The notes under the pieces: model-generated
Databases searched by the model: none
Seen by the model: only the letters and a program-made list of their open reading frames with translations
What the model was told of the DNA's origin: nothing
Program-made: the position numbers and the translations under genes
Assembly: GCA_963799775.1 (NCBI GenBank)
Contig: CAWCYD010000003.1
Location: 576,001 to 640,000, forward strand
Direction: 5' to 3'
Source of the DNA: an uncultured archaeon
Lineage (GTDB): Archaea; Thermoproteota; Nitrososphaeria; Nitrososphaerales; Gagatemarchaeaceae
Length of the DNA: 64,000 nt
Shown: piece after piece, positions 1 through 10,755 of the stretch
How positions within the stretch are numbered: the first letter of the stretch is position 1
Layout: each line of letters begins with the position of its first letter

Positions 1-1248
1 GGGATGGGAATCGCGATCCTCCTCACTGTGAAGACAAGGTCGAGGAACGGGATGAATGATGGAGGCACGTCCATGGGCTTGGACGTGAGCCTCTGGATCG
101 CCGAGGTGACATCGTCTGCGTGAAGAGTGCAGAGGCCTCCGTGACCTGTGCTTATCGCTTGGAAGAGGACGTAGGCCTCCTCTCCTCTAACCTCTCCCAC
201 CACAAGGATGTCGGGCCTCATTCTCATGGTCGCCTTGACGAGCTGGAAGAGCCCCACCTCTCCGCTCTTGTCTTCACCCGTCCCGTAGCTTTCGCGAGAG
301 ACGAGGGCTGACCAGTTGGAGTGTGCGATGTTGATCTCCTGGACCTCCTCGATCGTCACGATCTTCGAGTTCATCCTCGTCAGTGTCAGCAGGGCGTTGA
401 GGAGAGTCGTCTTCCCGGATCCCGTCGAGCCGCACACTATTGCGGTCGCCCGGTTCTCCATTAGGAGCCAGACGTAGGCTGCTAAGTTGTAATCTATGAC
501 GTTGAAGTTCATCATGTCTATGATGGTGAGAGGATCCTCTCTGAATTTTCTGATCGTGAGTGTTCCGCCGTAGGGTGAAATCTCTCGCCTGTATGTCGCG
601 GCGAGGCGGTGCCTGCCCGGCAAGGTCCACTTGCACGATCGGGAACGCGGTGGAGACGTGCTTCCCAGCCATGTGCGCCAGCCTAGCGATGATGTTGTCG
701 AGCTCCTCGTCGTGGAGGAAGGTCATGTTGGTCTCGATGTTGTCGTACCTCCTGTGGAAGATGAAGAGCGGCTTGCCGACGCCGTCGACGGTGATGTCCT
801 CGATCTGCGTGTCCCTCATCACCCCGTCGATCACGCCGAAGCCCACCAGGTCTCTCTCCGCGAAGTAGTTGATCTTTGGCCAAGACAGTTGAGAGGCCTT
901 GATAGAGTATTTCTTCACCAGTCTCTTGGCCTGCTCCAGGAAGTACGCCCTCGGATCGATCTCGGAGCGGGGGACCGAGAGCTCGCTCTCGAGCGTGTCG
1001 AGCAAATATGTGTAGATCGACGCCTCCTTGGTCGAGAGGACCACTTCGTCGACGAAGTACTTCCTCGTGCCGCTCGCCGGCTCCTCCGCGATCACAGCGT
1101 AAGCAAAAGGGGCGTTGAGCGGATACTTGTCGGCGACCTTCCAGGAGGGTGAGAGCGGGGCGCCGACGAATGGGAAGCGGACGGAGGGCTTGCCCGGCTT
1201 GGCGCCGGGGGTCGTCTCCTTCTTGCTCAGAAAAGGCAGGCTAACCAA
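1..1248 (-). CDS. Type IV pilus/T2SS assembly ATPase (FlaI/TadA/VirB11 family), 3' end outside window, 1-bp frameshift near 629
   Basis: ORF 274..1248 gives the N-terminus (YFAERDLVGFGVIDGVMRDTQIEDI). After the frameshift the frame reads TIRKFREDP, Walker A GSTGSGKTT, RMRPDILVVGEVRGEE and STGHGG. Confidence 0.93.
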
Positions 1249-1462
1249 TCTGGTCTCTCCGTACGACCATGTCGAGCAATCTTAACGCGGCCAGGCTTCT
1301 ATTGGGCCGCGTCTTTGAAGAAATCGTCATCTTTGGCTCGAACTATCGCTTTTTTCGCGTTCTTTGCAATAAATAGCTTATGCATTCTGAATCGATGAAT
1401 CCCAGATAGAAAAGAACAGAGGTCGTCGCGAATTGGGCTCTTCGAGCGCCCGATCCGGGCGA

Positions 1463-1975
1463 TTACTGCCACGTTCCGGTGTAGAGTACGACCGCTCCGT
1501 TGGAGAGCGTCACAGTCCCAGAATAGGTTTGGCCTGAGACCGGTGTAGTTGTTACAGTCGGGGTAGAAACGAACTCTGCGTAGGTGGTCGCAGTGGACGA
1601 CCCGGCGCCTCCGACCGAGCAGGCAGCGGTCATAGCGAACGCGTTGCTCGTGCCTGCCCACGTTAACGTAACGCCAGTGATCTGTGCACTAGCCGTTCCA
1701 GTATTGGCAAGCGTGAGGTATGGTGTCGTTGGATTTGTAGTCACGCAGGTGACAGTCCCAGCCGTGGCGCCAGTTGCGAACCCCGCCGCGTTAACCGATG
1801 TTCCGGTAACAGCTATCTGAGCGGACTGCGAAGCTGTCCCGAAGATTCCGAAGACGAAGCCGCCGATCGCGACCGCTGCGATAAGCGTGACAGCGATGAT
1901 AAGGACCGTGGCGATGATTGGGGAGATGGCTCTTCGCGGTGACGACCTTTTTTCGGCGGGCATTCGCATCTTCAT
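1463..1975 (-). CDS. Archaeal type IV pilin (family A)
   Basis: Class III signal peptide RRA/ISPIIATVLIIAVTLIAAV followed by an S/T-rich beta domain. Confidence 0.93.
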   Translation of the reverse strand: MKMRMPAEKRSSPRRAISPIIATVLIIAVTLIAAVAIGGFVFGIFGTASQSAQIAVTGTSVNAAGFATGATAGTVTCVTTNPTTPYLTLANTGTASAQITGVTLTWAGTSNAFAMTAACSVGGAGSSTATTYAEFVSTPTVTTTPVSGQTYSGTVTLSNGAVVLYTGTWQ

Positions 1976-2111
1976 CTTGCTCGGAAAGGGATGAAAATTG
2001 TTCCGACTTGCCTATTTACAGGTTATGAAATACAAATCCGTTGGAAAAGAGGCTTCTCACGCGCTGATGGTCACGTCCGAGTTGTAGAGATGATTATGGA
2101 CGCGAGCGAAC

Positions 2112-3338
2112 TCAGCGTCGAGAACGAACAAAAAGAGCAACCCGAGGGGGAGAGTGAGCTGAAGGGGGCCCTCGAGAACGAAGAGACTTACGGACCGTCC
2201 CGACGAGTCCTATGAAGAAAGTGCGAAGGTTGGCTATCGAGGCGAATATCAAAGCGTACACGGGGATGAAATAGTACCCCAGAGCTTGGTTCGCAAGCAC
2301 GGAGAACAGCCAGAGCGATGAGAGCATACTGAAGATGCAAAGCATGCCGTAGAAGTTCGGCGCTTTTCTTACGACGTAAAGAGCTGGCGCCAAGAGAAGT
2401 AGCAGTAGAGGCGAGAGAAAGGACGCTATCTGATCCAGACGCCCTATAATCAGGGAGTTCGCAAATTCTTGTACGTTCACTATCTTGCCGCATATCGTTC
2501 CTGTGAACACGCCCGGTATCGTCGAGAGACCACATCCTGGTGCGCTGTTTGCAACCGCGTAGGCAGCGCTCGCGGAAGTTATCTTAACTGCACTGGGTTC
2601 TCCAGGGCCGAGCAGGCCATTCAAGGGAATGTAACTCAGCGAGTAAAAGTAATCGCGGGGAGCAAGAATCAGCCAAGGCAGCGAGACAATGAAGCATACA
2701 GCTAGAAATACCCCGACTCCCCTCCAGAGCTGTCCTCTGTTCCCCTGCGCGAAGAGTATCAGGTAGGCAGGCAGAATGAATAATGCCTCCTGCTTGAACA
2801 TGACAGCGATTGCAAGAGCAGCTGAAGAAAGCAGCGACCTGTTCGTCTTCAGCAAGTAGACCGAGAGAATGATGAAGAGGGTCATTGGTTGACTGCTGAG
2901 CCACAGGTAGTCTTCGTAGTAGAGGACAAACGGTGAAACCGCGTAGATCAGGGCCGCCGCGAACGCGATTTGGTTGGTGCCATACTCCTTCGCAAAAAGA
3001 TAGATGACAGCTACCGTCGCTATGTCTGCGGCTACAATCGGGATCAAGGCGCCAAGAGGGCTCCCCAGGAAGAAAGGGTAGAGCGAGTAAAGGAAAAGCG
3101 GGGTATACTTGTAGGTGTAAAAGTCCCGGTAGGGGAGCAGGCCCTGTCTTACGAGTTCCAGCCAGTGCAAGTAGGCAGAGTTGAAGTCCCCCCACGTGCT
3201 AAGGGCGAGCCCCGGCACCGAGGATAACCCGTGGGTGATCTCGACCAGAGACAAGATGATGCGTAGTCCCGCTGCTATCGCAAGAAGCAAGACCAACTGT
3301 CTTCTCGGAGAATTCGAGAAGAGTCGTATGACAGACAT
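2112..3338 (-). CDS. Multi-pass membrane glycosyltransferase (GT-C, GT87/PIG-M-like)
   Basis: About 10 TM segments; GLLPYRDFYTYKYTPLF loop and AIAVMFKQ motif; C-terminus possibly frameshifted. Confidence 0.75.
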   Translation of the reverse strand: MSVIRLFSNSPRRQLVLLLAIAAGLRIILSLVEITHGLSSVPGLALSTWGDFNSAYLHWLELVRQGLLPYRDFYTYKYTPLFLYSLYPFFLGSPLGALIPIVAADIATVAVIYLFAKEYGTNQIAFAAALIYAVSPFVLYYEDYLWLSSQPMTLFIILSVYLLKTNRSLLSSAALAIAVMFKQEALFILPAYLILFAQGNRGQLWRGVGVFLAVCFIVSLPWLILAPRDYFYSLSYIPLNGLLGPGEPSAVKITSASAAYAVANSAPGCGLSTIPGVFTGTICGKIVNVQEFANSLIIGRLDQIASFLSPLLLLLLAPALYVVRKAPNFYGMLCIFSMLSSLWLFSVLANQALGYYFIPVYALIFASIANLRTFFIGLVGTVRKSLRSRGPPSAHSPPRVALFVRSRR

Positions 3339-3413
3339 GGAGCTAATCTCGCTCCTCGGCTTGGCCGAGAGAAGTTTGAGAAGAGCGACGATCCTTGCAG
3401 CTGGTCAATGCCG

Positions 3414-4787
3414 TCACGCCAGCGCGGACGGTTTCTTGGAGATCATGTCCTGGCCCAGAGCGAGGTAGTTTGCCGGTTCCTTCGGTCTGTTGCCGTTCAA
3501 GACCCTCCAGCAGTCGAGCACTATCTTCTTTGATAGTCTGGCCTTGCTCATTGTTGATATCGGTTCCCACGGAGTCGCGATGATGCAGACGTCACTCTTA
3601 TCGAGGCATGCATCAGCAGTGCTTTCCAACTTGATGTCTGAAGAGGAGATATCCCGGTCCGAAAGCAACGCCGGATCGAATCCGTGAACCTCGAAGCCCC
3701 TGATTGCCAGGCCTTTCGCCACCATCAAAGACTGCGATGCTTCGGTCACATCCGTATTCGGCTTGTAAGTTAGACCGAAGACGCCTATTCTCGTGGTATC
3801 TGGAGAGAAACGATCGCCTATCAGATCGACTATTCGCTGAGCTTGGCGCTTGTTAGTCTTGTCGGTGGCTCGTGGCAGATCAGCCTTCACGCCGATTTTC
3901 TTGGCGAACCGAGCAAACGCAATATTGTCGCGAGGGAAACAAGGGCCCCCATATCCCACACCGCCCTTCAGATTTGCCGCCCCGATCCTCCTGTCCCTGC
4001 TGATTGCATGAGTTATCGTGTCGACCTCGCCGCCAGGCATTCGCTCGCACATCTCGGCAAGAGTGTTCGCGAAGCTCATCTTCATGGTCACAAAAGAGTT
4101 CAATGCCATCTTTGCCAACTCGGCATTCCAAAAGCTCATTCTCTCGATTGGCGGAGAGTTAGAGCAAACGCGTTTCTGAATTCGCGATAGCAAGTCTCCT
4201 GCATGCACATCGGACTCGCCTACAAGAACGAAATCCGGATTTCGAAGCCCTCTGATGACGTCGCCAAGGGCTATGAATTCGGGGTTGTAGCACAGTCCAA
4301 AATCTCGACAGATCCGCTTTCCCGACGTCTCCTCGAGCGTCTGACGAACCGCGCCGTCCATAGAACCCGGCATGACCGTGCTGCTGAGGACGACCAAGTG
4401 GTATCCTTCTTTGGTGGCGAGAGCCTTTCCTATCGCTCGCATCGCAGCCCGTACGAACTTGAGACTGAACTCCCCGGTCTTCGTGCTCGGCGTCGGCACG
4501 ACGACGAAGGTGGCGTCCGTCTTGCAGACGGCCTCCTCACAGTCCGTTGTAACAGAGAAAGATTCCTTGGTGGCATCCAGGAGAGGGAGAAGCCCTCGCT
4601 CGTATATCGGAGACTCGCCCCTGGCTATTCTTGCGACTCTCTCTCGATCTATGTCGACCCCGATGACGCTGAAGCCGCTGTTCGCCAGCGTTGCGGCCAG
4701 ACAAAGGCCGAGTTTCCCCAGCCCGACAACGGAAATCTTTCGGACGGTAGACCCGCTCTTAGGGCCGCGGCGCAGGGATGAGGCCAT
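3414..4787 (-). CDS. UDP-glucose/GDP-mannose dehydrogenase family protein
   Basis: GLGKLG Rossmann motif, YNPEF, catalytic GYGGPCFPRD, GLTYKPNT. Confidence 0.95.
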   Translation of the reverse strand: MASSLRRGPKSGSTVRKISVVGLGKLGLCLAATLANSGFSVIGVDIDRERVARIARGESPIYERGLLPLLDATKESFSVTTDCEEAVCKTDATFVVVPTPSTKTGEFSLKFVRAAMRAIGKALATKEGYHLVVLSSTVMPGSMDGAVRQTLEETSGKRICRDFGLCYNPEFIALGDVIRGLRNPDFVLVGESDVHAGDLLSRIQKRVCSNSPPIERMSFWNAELAKMALNSFVTMKMSFANTLAEMCERMPGGEVDTITHAISRDRRIGAANLKGGVGYGGPCFPRDNIAFARFAKKIGVKADLPRATDKTNKRQAQRIVDLIGDRFSPDTTRIGVFGLTYKPNTDVTEASQSLMVAKGLAIRGFEVHGFDPALLSDRDISSSDIKLESTADACLDKSDVCIIATPWEPISTMSKARLSKKIVLDCWRVLNGNRPKEPANYLALGQDMISKKPSALA

Positions 4788-4800
4788 TACTAGTCCCCTG

Positions 4801-5892
4801 TCAGTCTACACGCATTGGAGGGGACTTGGCCTGCTGGCCTGCACGATAGATCTGCGCGATGGCCTTTGGCCTGCTGGGCTTATCACGCATGGCACTGTGC
4901 CACTCGATCGTATGCCGCATGCCCTCTTCAAGGTCGACCTTCGGTTCCCACCCGAGAGATCTGGCTCTCCTTATGTCCAGTGCCCGACTGAATGGTCCTT
5001 CAGGCTTCGATAGGTCATAGTGAATCTCTGTCGGAACGTGCCCTGAGACTCGGAGTATGAGCTCCGCGACGTCGCGAATTCTGTAGCGCTTGTCCCAACC
5101 TAGGTTTATCGGAGTCGCATCACTCACCATCTCGGAGGCCAGAATCGATCCGTTGACAATGTCGTCGACGTAGGTGAATCCCCTCTCCTGGTTTCCCGAA
5201 CCCCAGACCTGATATGGTGCATGTTCATCAAGGGCCTTCTCCACCAAAGCAGAGATCGCGTGACTCGAGTCGAGTTCACCTGGCCCGTAAACCGTGAGGT
5301 AGCGACTGACGGATGACTTGAAGCCGTGCTCCTGGTGAAAAGCGAAAAGCTGCATCTCTCCCATCAGCTTTGCAAACCCGTAGAGATTATCGCTGCTGTT
5401 CCAGCCTTCTCCCTTGCTCAGGACGTCTTCTTCCTTGAGGAGGTGACCCGGGATGTTCAGCGACGGAGGATAGACGCAGGCGCTCGAGGCATAGTGCAAG
5501 TGATCGACCCCAGCGTCATGAGACGCACTGATCACGTTGTGGTCGATCGCAAGCATCCTCGAGCATTCTGATTGGTGCACGTCGACAAACTCCCTTCCTC
5601 CGAAGACAGCGGCGAGATGAAATACCACATCATGCGCCGATGCTAGTAGCTGGAAGCGGTCCCTTTCGCTTGAAAGGTCGATGCAGTGCAGAGGGACTTC
5701 CCCTACCCCGTGTCTCGAGTAGATTCTCGCGAGACGAGCTAGTTTCGCTTCCCAAATCCACGTCTTCTCCGGGAACAAGAGCTTATCCACGACAGTGACC
5801 GACGCTCCTAGAGCAAGGAGCTTTTCGACAAGTGTGCTCCCGATGAAGCCTGCTCCCCCCGTGACTATTACACGGCGTTTAGACCAGTTCAT
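4801..5892 (-). CDS. NAD-dependent nucleotide-sugar epimerase/dehydratase (GDP-mannose 3,5-epimerase-like)
   Basis: TGGAGFIG, YASSACVYP, YGFAK (YxxxK), VWGSGNQERGFTYVDD. Confidence 0.93.
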   Translation of the reverse strand: MNWSKRRVIVTGGAGFIGSTLVEKLLALGASVTVVDKLLFPEKTWIWEAKLARLARIYSRHGVGEVPLHCIDLSSERDRFQLLASAHDVVFHLAAVFGGREFVDVHQSECSRMLAIDHNVISASHDAGVDHLHYASSACVYPPSLNIPGHLLKEEDVLSKGEGWNSSDNLYGFAKLMGEMQLFAFHQEHGFKSSVSRYLTVYGPGELDSSHAISALVEKALDEHAPYQVWGSGNQERGFTYVDDIVNGSILASEMVSDATPINLGWDKRYRIRDVAELILRVSGHVPTEIHYDLSKPEGPFSRALDIRRARSLGWEPKVDLEEGMRHTIEWHSAMRDKPSRPKAIAQIYRAGQQAKSPPMRVD

Positions 5893-5948
5893 TGCACGAA
5901 GTTGGCTCCGTCAAGAAAATCAAGCCCGCTCTATAGCTTATAACTACG

Positions 5949-5967
5949 TTAGGCGTTGAAATCCATA
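5949..5967. promoter_or_regulatory. Copy of 19-bp palindrome TATGGATTT-N-AAATCCATA in divergent promoter
   Basis: ttaggcgttgaaatccata; right arm identical to the copy at 12960-12978. Confidence 0.5.
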
Positions 5968-6021
5968 CTGCTAATTCGTAACGAATAACTTTCCGAAGAG
6001 CGGAAATTATTTCAACAGATT

Positions 6022-6489
6022 ATGACCTCACCTGACCCAAAGGGCGCGCATGTAAATCGAATCACGGCGGCTCTTTTCCGCGCGAACCCCGTGGGTGCAA
6101 ACGGCCGCGATTCTAGACCTTTGCGGCCGACTGCCGGGGCCTGGACCAAGCGGCGATGGTTCGACCTCCGAAACGGATACGGGTTTTACATCTCGATATT
6201 CCTTGGATTCGTCAATTTCTGCCTCTTGATCTCGGTGAAGTTCCCCGATCTCAACCCATACGTATTCGTGCCCCTCATAGGGGCCGTGGCTGCCGCATCG
6301 GCGACAGGGATTGGCTATCTGCATCGAAAGAAGCAGCTAAGAACAGATCAAGACTCGGTCTTCGAACAATCACATCTACTCGCCGGAGTGAACGAAATCC
6401 AATTGAAAGCGATACTTGGGAAGGCAACCGACGAAGAGATTACATGGGCATTGAATCTTCTCGCCGCGATTAGGAACAACCAGGCTTGA
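6022..6489 (+). CDS. Small 2-TM membrane hypothetical protein
   Basis: Two hydrophobic segments; stop overlaps the start of the GT2 gene. Confidence 0.7.
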   Translation: MTSPDPKGAHVNRITAALFRANPVGANGRDSRPLRPTAGAWTKRRWFDLRNGYGFYISIFLGFVNFCLLISVKFPDLNPYVFVPLIGAVAAASATGIGYLHRKKQLRTDQDSVFEQSHLLAGVNEIQLKAILGKATDEEITWALNLLAAIRNNQA

Positions 6490-7508
6490 GCGCCCCGGGA
6501 ACAGCGCAGAGGACTCCTTCTGTTCTAGTGGTAGTGAGCTACTTCAACTCCGCTCGCACCATTGGCAGTTGTCTCGACCGTCTTCTCGCGCAGGACTACC
6601 CGAACTATCGAGTCATGGTCGTAGACGCTGGGTCTTCCGATGGTTCGGTGGAGATTGCGAGAGCTAGGGAATCGTCCAAGCTCTCCTTCAACATCCTCCC
6701 TGGTTGCTCAGAGTCTGAGGGTCAAACGTTCGGAGTGTCTCAGGCAGGGTCTGATATCATCATGTTTACGAACTCCGATATCTATGTGCCTTCCGACTGG
6801 ATCAAGAGGCACGTGGCTTGGCTGGCAAAGGGCTACGATCTGGTAGGAGGGAAGGTGTTCTGGGGAGGAGACAAGTTCGCCCTGACTTGGAATATGCCCA
6901 AGCCCGGGAGCCCGAGATTCGTTCAGGAACAAGGCGTCGGACTAGGGTTCTCGAATTGCTCGACAACCAGGGACATGTTTCTCGCAGTGGGGGGGCTGAG
7001 CGACATGAAGTCCCAGCATGATACCGAGTTTGCGTTCCGCGTAGTAAGGCACGGCGGGAAGATGATTCTCGACCCTCAAATCGAGGTGTACCACGACCAT
7101 CCATTCGGATCGTTTGAGGCTTCGTTTCGCCGATCGTATGGTTACGCTAGGAACCATGTCCTTGTCATGCGCGCCATCTACGGTCGAATAGTGTCGGGCT
7201 CTGGGGCCCCCGCGATGGTATCTGTCGGATCCCTAATCAGAGAATGGACAGGCCTCGCTGGAGTGAAGGCATACAAGGAGCACGCGAGGGCAGCTTCCGC
7301 TGCGGGGATACAAATCAATCTGCTCGAATTCGAGTTCACTAGGCTCTTCTCAACGAAGCTGGGTCAAATGTTGGGGGTGTTCGTCGGCGCGACGAACAGG
7401 AGAGTCGCAAAATCTATCACGGACCTCCACAACCGGGCTGGAAAACCGAGGCCAGCGGAGGGGATGCGAGCGGCAGCCGATAATCCCGAACTGCAAGCAA
7501 TCGCCTGA
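6486..7508 (+). CDS. Glycosyltransferase family 2
   Basis: VVVSYFNS, VVDAGSSDGS, HDTEFAFR; DxD position reads NSD. Confidence 0.9.
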   Translation: MSAPGTAQRTPSVLVVVSYFNSARTIGSCLDRLLAQDYPNYRVMVVDAGSSDGSVEIARARESSKLSFNILPGCSESEGQTFGVSQAGSDIIMFTNSDIYVPSDWIKRHVAWLAKGYDLVGGKVFWGGDKFALTWNMPKPGSPRFVQEQGVGLGFSNCSTTRDMFLAVGGLSDMKSQHDTEFAFRVVRHGGKMILDPQIEVYHDHPFGSFEASFRRSYGYARNHVLVMRAIYGRIVSGSGAPAMVSVGSLIREWTGLAGVKAYKEHARAASAAGIQINLLEFEFTRLFSTKLGQMLGVFVGATNRRVAKSITDLHNRAGKPRPAEGMRAAADNPELQAIA

Positions 7509-7521
7509 GCGCGCGGTTCTT

Positions 7522-8217
7522 TTGACAAACCGGATCGCTTCGTTATATCGAACGTGGAGGCACGATTGGGATGAGAGACAGTTTGCGAGGCGAATCCTGG
7601 AACGCGGAAAATGGTATGAGCCGCTGCATGGCGACCCAATCCTTCAAGACATCATAGGCGGATTGATTCGGGATTGTGACATATCCCTTTTCGTGGAAAC
7701 GGGAACGTTCGTGGGCGACACGAGCAAATACGTCGCGCTGAAGCATCCGGAGGTCCGTGTGCTCACTTGTGAATTGAACCCTCGGTGGCTGCGAATCGCA
7801 CAGCGGTTCTGCACAGGAATAAGTAACATTCAATTCTTCCAAGGTCAGTCTCCGCGGTTTTTGGAGGAAGTGTACGAAACCCTCAAATCAAATAATGTCC
7901 TCTTTTGGTTGGACGCGCACTGGGGTGAATACTGGCCGCTGGTCGACGAGACGAAGATCATCTCATCACTCCATAGCTTCGCGGTCATCGTGGACGATTT
8001 TGAGGTACCCGGCAAGCCGTCGTTTCATTATGACAGCTACGCAGGAGTGAAGAACGGATTGTCGCTTCATGCCTCCACCCTGGGGCGGGAGTGCTTCGTT
8101 CCCAACTACGATCCCAGTCCCTCATGCCAAAGTCCTGCGGGATACGGCTTGTTCCTTAGAGAGATGCAATGCTCAGACTTGACGAAATTCGGGCCCTTAA
8201 GGCGGTTGGCTGAATAA
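7522..8217 (+). CDS. SAM-dependent methyltransferase-like protein
   Basis: FVETGTFVGDT motif I, FWLDAH, VIVDDF. Confidence 0.7.
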   Translation: MTNRIASLYRTWRHDWDERQFARRILERGKWYEPLHGDPILQDIIGGLIRDCDISLFVETGTFVGDTSKYVALKHPEVRVLTCELNPRWLRIAQRFCTGISNIQFFQGQSPRFLEEVYETLKSNNVLFWLDAHWGEYWPLVDETKIISSLHSFAVIVDDFEVPGKPSFHYDSYAGVKNGLSLHASTLGRECFVPNYDPSPSCQSPAGYGLFLREMQCSDLTKFGPLRRLAE

Positions 8218-8240
8218 GGAGACTCCGAGGGACATAGGCA

Positions 8241-9953
8241 TTGCTGAGTCTCGGGATCAATGGCATCGACAAGATATTCCATGATGCATCCGCTTCGTTG
8301 GTCAGGGACGACCGAGTGATTGCGTCTGCGGAGGAGGAAAGATTCAACCGCAAGAAGCACACTAACGGACTACCCTTCAACGCCATTGAGTTCTGCATGA
8401 AAGAAGCTGGCGCTTCTTTTGACGACCTCGATCAAATCGGGTATTATCTGGATCCGTTCGTCCTAAAGCGTGTCTTCGTCGATGATGTGGTCGAGCGATT
8501 CAAATGCAATCCATCGGCCTTGCGTCATTACGCTCAAGCGGCAGACCGCATCACGAAAGTTGAACCAACTCTGAGGCGCAAATATGGCATCGGCCAACGC
8601 ACCAAGTTCCGGTACCTGAACCACCATCTTGCCCATGCCGCCAGTGCGTATTTCATCTCAGGGTTCGAGGAGTCCGCCATTCTGTCCCTTGATGGCTCGG
8701 GAGACAGGGAAACATGCGTTATTTTCAGGGGCGACGGCCCCGAGATTTCGAAGGTAGCTGACGTTCTGGTCTATCCGGAGTCGTTGGGGTTCATCTACAC
8801 AGTGATCTCCGCGCACCTCGGGCTAGGGTGGATCGAGGGGCCTGGCAAACTGATGGGTCTGGCAGGATACGGCAAGCCGGACCCGAGTGTCTTTCAGGGG
8901 ATCGTTTCCCTGCGGGATGACCCCTCTCGGCCGGTGGAGATTGACCTCTCCTTCTTCGACTATCACATCGGTGGCAAGGGCCTAAGCGAAAAGGGCAGAC
9001 AACGGTTTGGACCCCCGCGGGATGCAAAGGAATTGCTGCTGCAGAGTCACTTCGACCTGGCGGCGAGCACCCAAGGAATGCTTGAAAGCGCGATATCCCA
9101 TATCGTTCAATTCATCCCCAAGCTAGTTCCTAAAGTGCGCAACCTATGTTTCGCGGGCGGCGTCGCTCTGAACGTGCGCGCTAATCGCTTGATTGTCGAT
9201 TCCGGGCTCTTCGAAGGCTTCTTCGTTCCGCCCCCCGCAAATGACGCCGGAACATCGCTCGGGTGCGCTCTTCAGCTGAACGCGGAGAACCTTCGGCTTC
9301 GCAGGTTTCAGTTCAACGTGTACTGCGGCCCAGACATCGCAGAAGACTATTCGATTCCCAAATCGCTGGAAAAATTCAGGAAAAGGGTAACTTGGAAGAA
9401 GCTCTCGGAGGACGAGGCATGTGAAAAGGCGGCAGAGTTGATCTCGCAAAACATGATAGTGGGCTGGGCACGGGGGAGGATGGAGTGCGGTCCGAGAGCC
9501 CTCGGGAATCGCAGCATATTGACCAACGCCATGAACCCGAAAGCAAAGGACGAACTGAACGCCAAGGTGAAGAAACGGGAGTGGTTCAGACCTTACGCGC
9601 CTTCAGTGCTCGCCGAGGAGGCGACAAAATGGTTTGACCTCCCGATCCCAAGCCCATACATGCTCCTGGAAGCCGCGGTACTCCCGGGCAAAGAGGCCAT
9701 CATACCAGGAATCACTCATGTCGACAAGACAGCGAGGGTCCAAACGGTGACCGTCTCAGAGAATCCGACCTATTACAAACTCATCAAGGCATTCATGCGG
9801 AGGACAGGAGTGCCAGTTGTCTTGGACACATCCTTCAACAGGCACGGGGAGCCGATCGTGAACACGCCCGACGAAGCGATACAAGCGCTTTTAGGAACGG
9901 GGATGGACGCTCTGTTCCTGGGTGACTATCATGTTTCGAAGGCGAGCTCCTAA
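8241..9953 (+). CDS. Carbamoyltransferase (NodU/CmcH family)
   Basis: HDASASLV, EEERFNRKKH, HHLAHAAS, GKLMGLAGYG, GPRALGNRS, KKREWFRPYAP. Confidence 0.96.
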   Translation: MLSLGINGIDKIFHDASASLVRDDRVIASAEEERFNRKKHTNGLPFNAIEFCMKEAGASFDDLDQIGYYLDPFVLKRVFVDDVVERFKCNPSALRHYAQAADRITKVEPTLRRKYGIGQRTKFRYLNHHLAHAASAYFISGFEESAILSLDGSGDRETCVIFRGDGPEISKVADVLVYPESLGFIYTVISAHLGLGWIEGPGKLMGLAGYGKPDPSVFQGIVSLRDDPSRPVEIDLSFFDYHIGGKGLSEKGRQRFGPPRDAKELLLQSHFDLAASTQGMLESAISHIVQFIPKLVPKVRNLCFAGGVALNVRANRLIVDSGLFEGFFVPPPANDAGTSLGCALQLNAENLRLRRFQFNVYCGPDIAEDYSIPKSLEKFRKRVTWKKLSEDEACEKAAELISQNMIVGWARGRMECGPRALGNRSILTNAMNPKAKDELNAKVKKREWFRPYAPSVLAEEATKWFDLPIPSPYMLLEAAVLPGKEAIIPGITHVDKTARVQTVTVSENPTYYKLIKAFMRRTGVPVVLDTSFNRHGEPIVNTPDEAIQALLGTGMDALFLGDYHVSKASS

Positions 9954-10692
9954 GCAATTCGATTCGCCAAATCCAGTGATGTGGAGCGATTACCTGGATA
10001 CCCTCAGGGGTAAGTGGGGAGAGGTTCCTGCGGGAAAAGTCAGGCTGAAGACGACTGATTTGGAACTTCTTGACGATGAAGAGCTTCTCAAGACCTGGAA
10101 GCAAGCCGCGAAAGAGGGGTCTGAGGCGAGGGAATGGTATCGCATCCTATACGCACCGATCCTGAAGGACAAATCAGTCCTCGACGTCGGTTCAGGATTC
10201 GCTATCGACACCATTGGATTCGCCCTCAACGGAGCCAAGGTGACATTCCTCGACATAGTCGATTCCAATCTTCGGGTCTTACGCCGTCTTTGCAGCGTGA
10301 TGAAGCTAGAAGACGTGGACTTCTGCTATCTCAAAGAAGCGAAATCCCTGGACGCGCTGGGGGTTTTCGACGTGATCTGGTGCCAAGGCTCAATGATATG
10401 CGCTCCTTTCCAGGTCGCGAAAGGAGAATCGAGCGCCCTACTCCAGCATCTCAGGATCGGTGGAAGATGGATTGAGCTAGCATATCCAAAGTCTCGATGG
10501 GAAAGAGAAGGCAAGCTGCCATTTGAGAAGTGGGGGAAGAAGACGGATGACTCAGCACCGTGGATGGAGTGGTACGACCTTGATAAGCTCCTTCGAAGGC
10601 TTGAGCCCAGCAAATTCAAGACGATATTGGACTTTGAATTTCACTCGAGCGATTTCGTGTGGTTCGACCTGCTGAGATCTGGAAACGACTGA
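9922..10692 (+). CDS. Class I SAM-dependent methyltransferase
   Basis: VLDVGSGFA motif I, FDVIW. Confidence 0.88.
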   Translation: MTIMFRRRAPKQFDSPNPVMWSDYLDTLRGKWGEVPAGKVRLKTTDLELLDDEELLKTWKQAAKEGSEAREWYRILYAPILKDKSVLDVGSGFAIDTIGFALNGAKVTFLDIVDSNLRVLRRLCSVMKLEDVDFCYLKEAKSLDALGVFDVIWCQGSMICAPFQVAKGESSALLQHLRIGGRWIELAYPKSRWEREGKLPFEKWGKKTDDSAPWMEWYDLDKLLRRLEPSKFKTILDFEFHSSDFVWFDLLRSGND

Positions 10693-10755
10693 GAATTTCT
10701 CTTTCGGCTATCGACCACCGAGCCCAGAGCAATAGAGAGTATATGCTCACGTACC